Shown here one piece after another: positions 49,752 through 62,532 of a stretch of DNA of 64,000 nt. The translations under genes and the position numbers were made by a program. The notes under the pieces were generated by a model that was not told where the DNA came from, ran no database searches, and was given only the letters and a program-made list of their open reading frames with translations. The stretch comes from Lingula anatina (Eukaryota > Animalia > Brachiopoda). Within the stretch, counting starts at the first letter, position 1. Each line of letters opens with the position of its first letter. Where the stretch lies: assembly GCA_051362555.1 (NCBI GenBank), contig CM120646.1, positions 17,546,001-17,610,000 on the forward strand, given 5' to 3'.

Positions 49752-52158
49752 TTACACTGAATATGTTAATGGATACGTGGCCAAGAAACCGTATGAATAA
49801 TCTGCATAATACAGAAACCCGTCATGGGGGTTATAATCTAGCATGACTAAGGAATGACTGTATTTTCCAGGAGGTTCGAACCTGATCTTATCCGGAGGAA
49901 GGGCCACTTGTTCCCCAGTGTTGGTGTCGTAGGTATACCGTATGTAATCACGGTTGTAATATGTGCCGTAAAGCACTCCGCATTTCATGAAGGTGTTTCC
50001 AACGCTCTTGCTGTAAATGCTCGTCGTCCACGATTTCTCCACATCGAGAGTGTCCGGGTTTATCTTTGCTATGACCAGTCTACAGTTATTTGTCACGTTT
50101 CCGTACACTAACCACAGTCCGTACTCATCCGCAGCAAAATCAGAATAAGAATAATAGTCATGAAAATATTGGCAACTAATACCTGAATTGCTACTCAGGC
50201 CTTCTATCTGTTTCTCTACTGCGATATTGTTCTGGAAGTTATATTTTACAATATTATTAGTGCCATAAGACTGGTAATACAAATTGTCTCTATACATAAC
50301 GTGGCCGGTTCCAGCCCATGTGTGTGGGAGGGTAGTTGAAGCAGCTACATATTGATATTTCATTGCTTCTACGCTGTCGTATGTAACGACGGTCTTACCG
50401 TCATAACCTTGGAAAAACCACACTGTGTTTGCGTGGATGGGATCTATTGGTTGAGAATCTTTCATCCAAGCAGACGGGGTGTATTTCACTGAATCCAATT
50501 CTAAGGTCAATGACGCGTTCCCTATGCTAAGAGTACCGCCAGCTAGACATTTTGTCCCTGTAAATACCATTTAATATGAGTTATTGCTTAAGAATATTTA
50601 TTCCTTTAAAGGAATGACAACTGTTCATTGCCAAAAATTGGATTTTCATGGGGTAAAGGACAATTTCCCCATTTTAACCAATGATAAGTGAATACATTTC
50701 CATATTTAAAGTTAGTCCCTGTTTTTTTTCTAAAAAGTTTGGTTTTCTGTAGTATTCTCTTAAGACATTACTAGAGAGTGTAGCCATCTATGGAGGTCAC
50801 AAGAAGAATTATTAAGGTAATTAAAGTTGCGTGTAGGGGGGGGGGGTGAAAGGAAAATGGAAAATCTTCTGACCAACATATACCAACATGTTGTATATCA
50901 TTAAAAAGTCCTTTACTTCTTTTGAGTAGTATTATTGTATATATTCATAAAAAAGTATATTTAAAGTACATACAATTTTCACAGTTTTCTCCAGTGTATT
51001 CTTGAGGACAAATACAACTGTAAGTGGTATTTCCATCCACACATGTTGCACCGTTTTGACAAGGTTGACTGCGACAATGATCAACCACTGAAACAGAAAG
51101 TGATGTTACAACAGATTCATATATGATTCTTACAGGTTGCTCCGTTTTTAAAAAGTTCCTGGTTAACATATCAGCACAGAAATGTAGCTTTCATGTTAAT
51201 TTTGCTTGGTACAGGTCTACCAATGTGTGTAAAACATACTTGTCAGAATGACTTTGCGATCAAGCTCTCCGTGGTTTATGTCTAATGTATCGTTTTATAT
51301 TAAATACAAGCCGAGTTGATTTGATGTGTTAACATTCGAGTTTGATATTGTCTTAAAATCAATACGATAGTAATTTAAAATTTAAACGCACAGGTCTTTC
51401 GAAAAAGAAAGGCATGAAAAAAAGCAGAAGCAGTGAGAGAGTGCCTGAAAGGAATGATCTCTGCCAGTCTTTGCCATAGCAGACTTCCAGTGCCGGGTAG
51501 TAGCATTGCAAATGAGTACATTAAAAGTTTTAAAAAATCATAAAACATATTTGTTTCAACTATACCTTCACATTGTTTTCCATAATGTCCGTCAGGGCAG
51601 ATGCATCTATATCCTTGTTTTAAATCCACACACGTTCCTCCTCGCTGGCACGGCCGGCTGGAACATTCATTGATCTCTAAAATATAAATATTTAAAATAA
51701 TGTTGTATCTTTTTTTTTTTTTTTTTTTTTTGGGGGGGGGGGGTTCCTTTTTTCTTGCGGTACAAGAGGATGATATGATTCGTTTATTGTTATAATGCAT
51801 AAATCTAGCAACCAATGAGGCCTAGATAACTTTACAGTAATGACAGAGTTAAATAACTTATTAATAAAAATGTAAATGTTCATAGATATGAATAATCAAG
51901 ATGGAATTTCCTTTATACTAATAAAGAGAAAAATTGGTAAAAAATTAAAAGGGGTAACAACTTGGACGCACATTGCACTTGTTATAAAAACACGCATTGA
52001 TGGTTTAGTTTTGCGTTTAGATCTTTTGAATTCCTCAGATATCTGTAGCCTACTGAGTATATTTGGCACTTAGTCTTAGTAGTAGTATTGTGCAGTCTAT
52101 GAACATGGCCATTAGATGTGTATGTATAATCTTGTGCATGTATTGAAGCGTCTTTAAC

Positions 52159-52246
<88 letters not shown>

Positions 52247-52913
52247 CGAGTACTTTGTTTACAAGCAACGTAAGTACTTAAGATCAGTATACATTATTTG
52301 TGTTTGTGTCTCCTTGATCTGAGCTGATTTAAGTAATAGGCCATGCCAGTTAAAAGAATGGAACAAACTTAAGTATGATGTTCGGAATTTGGCCGATGAC
52401 GGCTGCATTTATTTAAGGTCCCATTAATAAAAAAGAAATGAAGCAGATTAATGACAAACATTGAATAGCGTTGATAAATGATATTAACATAATATGTCTA
52501 CATTTAAAGTATAATTTCCAAACAAACAGTGCACACATTTCAATTTGTGGGTTCAGTGCTTTTCTACAAAGTCCGACATTCATTCGTTAAACCAAAATGC
52601 GAACAGGACGATAGAATATTCTAAAAGTGGCCTTATGACTCATTTGAAGGATGATAGCGATCCAATGGCTGAATGTCATTCATTTGAACGACTATACACC
52701 AGAGAAATGAGTTTGCACTTTAACAGCAAATATAAAATTTATTATATACATGTTCGCAGCACTGATTGGCTCTTGACAACTTACGAAGAAAAGGAATGGA
52801 ATATGCATTTTGCATGGGTCCTTTTAAAATCAATATGCGACTTAATTTGGTTCGACAAACTCATGTAAACGTCTAGTGCTATTTTCTTTGAATTTCGTTT
52901 TTAGTGCGCGTGC

Positions 52914-52953
<40 letters not shown>

Positions 52954-55900
52954 CAGTGACTGTTTATTTCCACGTCTGCATCCATTACTGTATTACCATG
53001 CTGGCAAAGATTCCCCGCAAATCCTGCTGGACAAACACACTCAAAGTGACCATGGCGGTCTATGCACGTGGCTCCGTTGGGACATGGGTTACTTATGCAA
53101 TCATCAATGTCTAATAAAAGGAATATAGTAGAACATGCTTTATCAATTAAAACAGTTGCATCTTTCAGATTTGTTTCTCGGAACCAATGGTGAAACATTC
53201 ATTATCATCATCAATCATCAACAAAAAAGATAATATGCTTACCTGTACATATGAAAAAGAAATCAAATATTCTCCCAGCGTTTTAACAACAACTACTTAA
53301 ATACTAACTTGCATGCGGCTCAATGTAAATACATAATATTTTATTATTTTATAGTCTACTGATAGGTGTCACGATAACTTCAGACAACGTCTCTCCTTCA
53401 GGTGCTGACATGCACGGTAGTTCAGGCACAGTTTATATACGGCGCCAACTAGAAAAAAAAGCTTGAGAACATTAAGGTCCATGTCAATTCCCAGTAGTCT
53501 GAAGCAAAACTTAGGGTGGAAATCAAACACTTCTCGTTTTCTATTCTATTACGAAATATATATTCACCATTCTCACACAACGTTCCTGTAAACCCCGCTG
53601 GGCACACACACTGGAAAGAACCTGGTTGATCTATGCACTTGGCACCATTTGCACATGGGGCGCTTGCACATTCAGTGATATCTATTTAAAAGAAACAAAA
53701 TGCCATTTAACCTGAAAAATCAAGCAATGATTCATGTAGGTTTGAAAATACAAAAATTACCTAAAACAACACACTGCTGTCTACGCCGTTCTTAAATATG
53801 AGACGAAAAGATATTTTAAACTTATTTTAAATGTGGTACATGGACAGCATGGACATATGAGCACTTAAAATGAAGTTGGCGACATGATCTACCTTGCTAT
53901 TTCCCCCAAAATACCACTTACTTTTTTCACAGTTTACCCCAGTGTGTGTTTTAGGGCAAATACAGTTGTAAGTGGTATTTCTATTCACACATGTTGCACC
54001 GTTTTTACATGGTTGACTGCGACAGTGATCAACCACTGGAAAAAGACATTTTACTATATATCAACACACGATTCTAATCAAACAGGTTACATCGTTCTTA
54101 CAGAAACCGTTTGACGAGAAAAACTATGTTTTGATCAATTTACCAGTTACCGCATGCACCTGTTGCTGGATCGGTGGAGCAATACGGGAGGGCCGTTTTG
54201 CATAACTTGGAATGCTCAAAATAGAAGTCTCTGCTTTATATATAATTAATAGATGTCCCCCCCAAACCCCCCATCCCCCCCCCCCCCCCCCCCGGCTCCA
54301 ATTTCTTTGTTACTTCAATCGCTGTGTGAAATACGGAATTCAGTTATATTGGGAGCAAAGTATTATTGATATCGATACGATGACATGAGTTACAATCTAT
54401 TTTTGTAAAGGTATACCGTTTAGTACGTACATTTTTCGCAGTTTCTTCCAGAGTACGCTTTAGGACACATGCAATTGTACGTTGTAGTCCCATTCGCACA
54501 TGTTGCACCGTTTTGACATGGTTGACTGCGACAGTGATCAACCACTGAAACAGAATTTTTACAACTGATGAACACACGATTCCAACCAATCTCTTACAGC
54601 AACCTTCCGATAAAGATATCATAGCAGAAAAGCCGTGAATTATTGTAATTGATATACATACAGTTCTACCCGTATGTGTAAATTGCATTTTGTTAAGAAC
54701 GACTCTTTGATTAAGTTCATTGTGGTTCATTTCCTACATGTTTGAAGTTTTTTATTCATATTGTTTTTAACATTTCAGCATTTGCTTTGCATATTTCCCC
54801 AAAAAATCCATTAATCTAAGTAACTGCGATTGTGTGTCACCATTTTCGACATTCTAACAGATGCCAGCGATGTCACATCTGCTTGTAATACCTCGCATGT
54901 GAATAATCCCAACTGTAATTTCTGCCATGAAAGATAAACCAAACACTAAACATAATTTAAATACGATATTGTTATGTAAGCCAATGTAATCATTCAACCA
55001 GCATTGCACACTATTACAAGAAGAGTTATACAACGCAGAATAAACGATAAAACATCGCCTCCGACTATACCTTCACAATGTTTTCCATAATGTCCAACAG
55101 GGCAGATGCATCTATAGCCGTTAACTAAATCTACACATGTTCCTCCCCGCTGGCACGGCCGACTGGCACATTCACTGATTTCTAAAAAATACGCATACAA
55201 ACTGTAGATATCAGTGTGTGCAAAAAGTACCTTATTGTATAACTGGCATGTTCTCCTGCTGGAACAAGCGGGTTACGTCAGCTGGAGTTCATAATTTAGA
55301 ACGACTATACATTTATATGTGAATAAAGGTTAGTCTATAAGCTGAACATAAAAAGCAATTGGCTTTCTTATGCTTGAATTTTACCAAAGTTCGATTAGTG
55401 CATTACTACTTTGATAAGTAGCATTTTCTTTAAATGGTATTGTGAATGCTGACGGGCACTTTGTGTGTGTATGTGTGCGCGTGCAAGTGTGTGTGTGTGT
55501 GTGTGAGTGTGTGTGTGTGTAACAAAAAGAGAGAGAGATGTTTGTTTCTTATCTCCACGTTGGCACACGTAATTACCATACTGGCAAAGATTCCCCGCAA
55601 ATCCTGCTGGGCAAACACACTCAAAGTGACCATGGCGGTTTTGACAGGTGGCTCCGCTGGGACATGGGCTACTAATACATCCGTCAATGTCTGAGAAAAA
55701 AACATACGTTTCTAACTCATTCATTCTTAAGGGTATCATAATTACATCGGCTATAAACTATAAATGACGTGACATAATAACTTAATGCGTTACATTTTTA
55801 AATATAAATTACGTACGTTTTTCACAGTTTCTTCCGCTGTGCGTTCTTGGGCAAATACAGCTGTATGTTGTAGTTCCATTCACACATGTTGCACCGTTTT

Positions 55901-58900
55901 GACATGGTTGACTGCGACAGTGATCAACCACTGAAACAAGACATTTTACTATATATCAACACACGATTTCTATGCAAGATGTTGCTCTTTTTTTAACAAA
56001 TTTTTCTTATTAAGAAGACAAATAAAAAAGCCATAGATATCTTTTAAAGGGAAATATCACTTGTTTGTTCTCCTACTACTACGATGTACACCCAAACCCA
56101 ATACAGAGGTGCATTTCACATGCTGAAGTGTCAAAAAATATAATTGAATTTAAAACATATATGTATATAGAACAAAAAATCTACGAATGTCTAAATTTAA
56201 ATTCAAATTTTAATTTTTACCATGTCTTTTATATTACGCTAAGAGCCTTTTAAGTTGAAAATGGTAACTATATGTTCCAAAAACGTACGGTAACGTATGT
56301 TCCGGGTCATTTAATCACAATTTTTATACTGCGTTCCGATATATTTTGTACTGGTTCAGTCCTGGTAAATTAAACATGACGTAAGGACGCTTTTATAAAT
56401 ATTTAAACTTTAACTCGTGGGGCTTTGCGTCATGGCTAGTACTAGGTATCGAATCTTTCCTAGAAATTGTCAAAATATTTCATTTTGTTCAAGTATTTGG
56501 TGCAAGAGCTGACCGAAAATATATTGTGGTTCCATGATTGTTTGACATTTTTGATGTTTTATTTGGAGCACGAGGGGAAAAATATTTTATTTAATGCTTA
56601 TTTTACTGTCGTTAGGGTGTATTTTCCCCGTTTTTTATTATTCAATGACAAGCAAACTAAAGTTGCTCAAAGACAATTAATTGCTCTACACAGAAGATTA
56701 TTATAATTTTTAACAACGTTATACTTGTAGGTGATAGGCTACATCAAATAACAAAACCAGTGATGATTGAATTTTCAAAGTGAGTAAAACATTTCATAGT
56801 TGAACGGTTTGCATTTGTGCCAGTAACGTATGCTCCTTTTTTGGGGATGGAAGATAAATAAATTTTTTATTATTCATGGTTCCATGAAGAGTGAAGCTTT
56901 GATACAATCTTCTTCACGTGGGACCTTAAAATAATAAGACATAATTTGCAATCTGTGCACTAAATATTTTTAAGAGCATTCCCGTGACTTCGATTGCACC
57001 TCTATATTGGGTTTGGGAGTTTAAAGTCCTCTGTATTATCACTTAACATTTTAAATAATTATAATGTGAAGTGTATTGTTGGTGAGTATGGCCCTTTAAA
57101 CACAACAGCAAGCACAGGACAACAAACCTCTTATCACTTTTAAGCACACCATCGCGACCTATCCTAAATATTTCATCAAAACCCATTCATAACATTTTGA
57201 GTGAGGATGGTGACGAACAGGAAGACAGACATATGGAGGTGAAAACAACCTTCTTGGCATCGGTAGTAATAAAACACATTGTCTGCGACGATACCTTTCA
57301 AAGTGCATTGCTTTCCATCGTGTCCAACTTGGCAGATGCATCGATAGCCGTTTACCAAATCCACACATGTTTCTCCCCGCTGGCACGGTTGACTAGAACA
57401 TTCATTGATCTCTAGAAAATATATGTGAAAAGTGTTTCAATATATTATCCTTCTTTTGTCGAACCAAGAGGGTAGCATCAGCTTGTGTTCATGCATTTGT
57501 CTGTATTATCTATTAAATCAATTTGAAACTTACATAAGGGTATTTGCTATGGGTACCAAATGATTTTGAAAGCCAATAATTCCTGACAGAGTTAATGTTT
57601 ACAAAACATTCTTTATATCCCGGTAACGATGGTAAATCATTAAAAGCTGATATAAGTAAAATATTGTTGATGAATAAACGCCGTTTTTTGTAGAGGTGTA
57701 GGCTTTGTTAACGCATTCGATCTACTACACGTAGGGGTATCACTGCTGTGACGTCACACCAGTCCACGTGCACCCACCTACGTCACACGTAGTTCCAGTA
57801 AAACCAGGCAGACAGGCGCAGGTAACGGAGTTCCCATTGGTCGAGCACGTCCCGTTATTGTGACACGGTCGACTGTAACATGGATCAGGAGCTAAGAAGG
57901 GCGATAAATATAAAAAACAATGACGTTATCGATAAATTGTATATTTTTGGGGTGGAATCAAAATAAACGTAGATAACTTTAGAAAAATTATAATCGGTCT
58001 TTTATAAAAATTGTACATCAACTGAAAGAGAAATGAACGAATGGAGCCTTAATTGAGTATTCATTGACAACTAAAATATTAATTTACCTGCCGATGTATT
58101 AGTGCCATTACTAGTAGAAGTACTAATATATCAAATAGTATCACTTATAAATCTAAACAACCAAAACATGGTTAGTCTCCTTTGATATCTTTGATATATT
58201 AAAAGGGGAAAATGAGAATTCTTACATATTTCATTCTTATTATCATGATCAGGGTCCTGTTATTTTAGGTATTACGTAGTATCTCACCTTGCGTCGTGAC
58301 TTTTAGTGGTCCACCTTTGCACTTCAGATAACTTTGGGTTAAAAAGTCTAGAGTATGCTCTGCAAGACTAATCCTAACACCTAAATGCTCCCACGACGCG
58401 CCATAGTACAGCTGTCTTTTTCCTACGTGTAAATGATAAAAGAATGGGCGTTTTAAGTCATTTGGTGTGCATGTCAACGTTCACCACCTCACTCAGTTCG
58501 AACGTTGTCTACATCTGATGTCTGAGAGTTCCACTGGGTAATTTTCGTTACCCGTGAAAGCCACTTCTTTATTTCCCGAGACGGTGAAACGTTCACATTG
58601 TTAAGCGTGATCCGTGAATAACCTCAATCCCGTGACTCGCGAATGCAACCTATTATTGTTCTTATTCGTGAACCATAGTCATTACTCAGTTATTCGTGAT
58701 TTTCTTCAAACTGCTTCAGTGAAATAAAAAAGAAAAGTTGGTTGCAAAACGCAGTGCGGTTGTTAAACGCGGCACTGTACCCCCATTGCCTTTATACTGT
58801 TGGATCGGCCAGAGTGAATTTTTTTTTAAATGAAGCTTGCAATGTAAATATATGTTTTCTCAAATTGTATATTAAGGCATGTTCATTTTTATCCTAGAGG

Positions 58901-59291
58901 AAAAATTGAACACACAGGACTTAATATCTATTTAGCAATCCGTAATAAGGTCAGCCTTAGAATGCGCAACGTCCCCTTTAGGGACCAGAGCTGACTTCAG
59001 TGCAATCTGAATTTGTTGTATTCATCCAAAAAAGTCCTCAATACATTATATATCCAGGTTTTATTTATCAGGATGCCCTTCAGACTAGTAAGCTCAAAAC
59101 TTTGGTATAAAGAAGTGAAACAACATATATAAAGGATAAATATTACAATATAAAAGACCCAATAATTAAGATTGATAATTAAAAGAAAAACTCTTGCATA
59201 AATTGCTTACCTTTTCCTTTAACATTTAACAACTTTAACCCCTCGGCGGAAATTGAATGATACCAATATAGTTAAATATTGGGCATGATCA

Positions 59292-59330
<39 letters not shown>

Positions 59331-59600
59331 GAGAGAGAGAGAGAGAGAGATTTAAGTTTATTACACACAAGTACAAAACCCACCTATGACTGGCTTTAAA
59401 AAGCCTGAGACGTCTGGATGCTGGAATAGAGTTGGACATTCCTTGTGAAGAGTATCGCTGATTTTCTCAATTTGAACCTGAAGTTTTACAAACTCTAGGA
59501 GTTTGGAAAACTGATTTTGATTGACCGATGGGATATTCTGTCCTCGGCCAAATTTAAGAAAGATGCACAGAAGCAAAACGCCACCTCGAAAACTGAACAT
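49752..59600 (-). CDS. Secreted protein: signal peptide + 10 EGF-like repeats + C-terminal olfactomedin domain
   Basis: Exon 1 at 59600-59384 carries the signal peptide. Ten phase-1 EGF exons start near 57412, 55929, 55689, 55181, 54545, 54036, 53681, 53110, 51676 and 51087. The last exon 50557-49752 has olfactomedin motifs [40 protein letters not shown]. Confidence 0.85.
52163..52242. repeat. (TA)n microsatellite
   Basis: About 40 TA units. Confidence 0.97.
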
Positions 59601-59667
59601 TATCGTACAGTAAGTTCTCTCTGTCTGAAGAGATTGTAGGCAAGTGTGACGAAAAGTCCGACCGCAT

Positions 59668-59680
59668 CGGTTTATAAAGC
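59668..59680 (-). promoter_or_regulatory. Candidate TATA box of the EGF-olfactomedin gene
   Basis: gctttataaacc on the minus strand, about 70 bp upstream of the ATG at 59600. Confidence 0.45.
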
Positions 59681-60224
59681 TATGTCCGGACTAATCGTGA
59701 TGAGGAGAGCGACGATAAAATCCCCGATGAATGCATATTACCTTTTGCTTTCTTTCTTATTTGGAGTCAACAGTTTTCGCCTATAAATGGGTCCTAAATA
59801 ATTTATGGCCAAATTAACTCTATTAATAACTTTCGCCCGTGAAAACGCTTAGAATGTCTGCGTACATTTTACGAGCTAAACAAAAGAAGATTAACAAGCA
59901 GCTTTTTTCTTCGTCCTAATTGCCCCTGTGAACCCCTAGGCCAAGGTGCCGCTCCTGTCCTTTTTGGGGTCAGCGGTAGAACGTTAACGGCAAAGACGCA
60001 CATGTATTGCAGGGCTCTTAAGTCACGACTGGCGATAACTTTTTGAACCTGAGGACATGTATTCACCCTACTATGTGACACAAAATAGCTAGGTCAGATG
60101 GCAATGTCTTGACTGCATTTTGAAAATAACAATAAAGATGTTTTAACGTAACAAGTTTGCAATGTAACGGAGAATTTCGACTTCAAAGAAAATGAAGGCA
60201 AGAACGCAGCGTAATATGGTCCAT

Positions 60225-60925
60225 GACTCCAATTATACAAAGATTCTTAAATCCGTAGTTGACTAGGCTTAGCTATGTGACCTAGCAAGGTCAACTACGC
60301 TGTAGCTGACTGGGAGTGTTTCACAAACAATCTTTGGTCCTATTTACGGTAGTTAACTTGGCTAACATTTGCTACCGAAACTTTTCAAATATATGAGGTG
60401 TAAAATCCGGATAGGTTCACATGACATGACGTTTGAAAATAAAGTTTAACATTACCTTGCTTTGAAACGCTGCCATCGGACATCTATTAGTCAAGAGTAC
60501 ATGAATCCGATCGGCTGGATGATGTTACATTCAATTTTTATTAGAAAATTCAATAAATTTAAGTAACATTCAAATATATTTAACACAATACCTTGAAGAA
60601 GGTATGAACCTTTTTCAAATTTTTGTTGATTATGCTCTTATTTAGTTTTAGTTTAGCTTGCACACTAACTCCTCCAGAAGAGTTAAGGCTTCGTTAACTT
60701 TCAGCTATGGTTAAACGAAGCAGCGGCCTTTAAGAATTTCTGTGAGACGCGACGTAGTGACTCACGGACTTAATAATATTTGTAACCAAGCTCTTAGTCG
60801 GGAAACCCGACTAAAGTTTGCTTGTGAAGCGAATGCTTGTTTAATTTCACAAAAAAGTCAACTTTCCTGACTAAGAATTTGGTGTAGTCAACTACGAATT
60901 TAAGATTCTTTGTGAAAAGGGGACT
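60225..60925. mobile_element. ~700-bp MITE with terminal and subterminal inverted repeats (possibly PIF/Harbinger type)
   Basis: acaaagattcttaaatccgtagttgacta on the left is the reverse complement of tagtcaactacgaatttaagattctttgt on the right. A second inner pair is ttcacaaacaatctttggtc / gactaaagtttgcttgtgaa. Confidence 0.65.
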
Positions 60926-62532
60926 TGGTTTCAATATTTAACAGCTGTAACAATGTATCAGAATAATTGCTTGAAACAGAATATGAATATGTTCGAAAAA
61001 AAAAAAAAAAAACTCGCCGTAGTTCGTTTCTCTTTTAAATGGGGATGAATAAAAGGCTTTCGTATAAAACACGTGTTGTATAAACTATATTTTTGGAAAC
61101 TAAATTACGCTTAAAGGCAAGAAAGGAGCAGGCACCAGTACGAGTTTTGAATTATGGCACAATTGTTTAAATACGATCCAGGACCTCTACTCATTCATCA
61201 CGATGTGTGCAAAAGTTTTGGTGTGTCGATATCTGTCAATAATTTGTTAAGGGCAACAGCTTAAGGAAAAAACAATGCCAGTAATAAGTTACCCAATAAA
61301 ATCGCCTAAATACGAAATCTTGGATTTTGTGCATTATATTGCACTTCAAACTACACTACCCTATATTATGAGATACAACCTTAAGGGCGTTGATATTACT
61401 TTACAATTTCTGAGGCGTGTTCTTGAGTTTCTAATCAAACGTGTCGATTTATTCCAGTTATTAAATCAGGGCACCCTATGTAGACCGGTATCTATAAATC
61501 TGATACTATGTAGGTGAGACACCTACCTTCCTATCAGAGACGATCTTTCCTCATAATAAAGGCGAGAAGCCTTACACACTCAAAAAGTCGCTCTCAACTA
61601 TGCAAGGGGCGCTGTCAAATACACGTCCTCAGAGGCCCAGCTCTGAATCGTGTTATTTTGGTAAAGTGGAATCTAACTAGGGCATGAGCCCACCACCCCA
61701 ACACATTTTTATTTACAACCAGCCTGTCAGGATAAGAAAAGCTGGACTGACAATAAATTAATTTTTGTTTTAAGTTCCTTTTTCCTTCAGACCAATGGCA
61801 GTTACAAAAACCCTTCTTTCTTCAAAGCATTTAATGGCTGAATTTAATGGGTCTGCCCAAAATAACATAAAAGATGTATTCAAAGGCATTATATCTATTT
61901 ACCTAATCTCAGATTCTTTAAGATCTTTAATGTGCAGTTTTTATATTTCTTGAATTATTTCCACGTTTGTAAATATGTACACGTGTGAGATCAATATTGC
62001 GCGCAATTATAGCCTATGTGTTGATGTTTTCGCAATAGCAGCTGATATAGAACCTCGGGAGTGATTTCAAGGCCTAAGTTTAGGGTTAGTATTAGTTGTG
62101 TGGTAAGGCCACGCTTCTAAATCGACCTTATTAATTCAGTTAATGGAAAATAGTCTCAGCTTACAAAATGTGTGGCCTTAAAGTAGAAGCGCCAGTGTGA
62201 GTCCAATCACTTTTGTGGTTCGGTTTTTAAGTATGACAAGTTGAAATAAATTAACCCTTTGTATTATTTATAGTATATGTTTACGGAAAAGCGTTTAGAA
62301 GTTCAAGTAGCTCTGTGATAACCTGATATGCAATCTAAACCCAAGCAACGAAATTAAGAGTAGAAAATTTTGAACTTTTCAACATTTCTGACGAGCATGC
62401 TTATTGCGCAGCGAAAAGTCAACACTGAGCCTATACACGGATTGGCGTTTACATGCAATTATTTATTTTCAACTCGCAAAAGACATGTTGGAAACAATTT
62501 TTGATGGTTAGACAGATTTGACTTAATTTTGC

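Noticed and set aside
52050-53128. ORFs with YIYIYI or RERERE runs
   Set aside because: These are translations of (TA)n and (GA)n microsatellites.
53340-53450. Possible extra Cys-containing exon in the EGF array
   Set aside because: An acceptor-like site exists, but the phase-1 frame reaches a stop without an EGF pattern or a clear donor.
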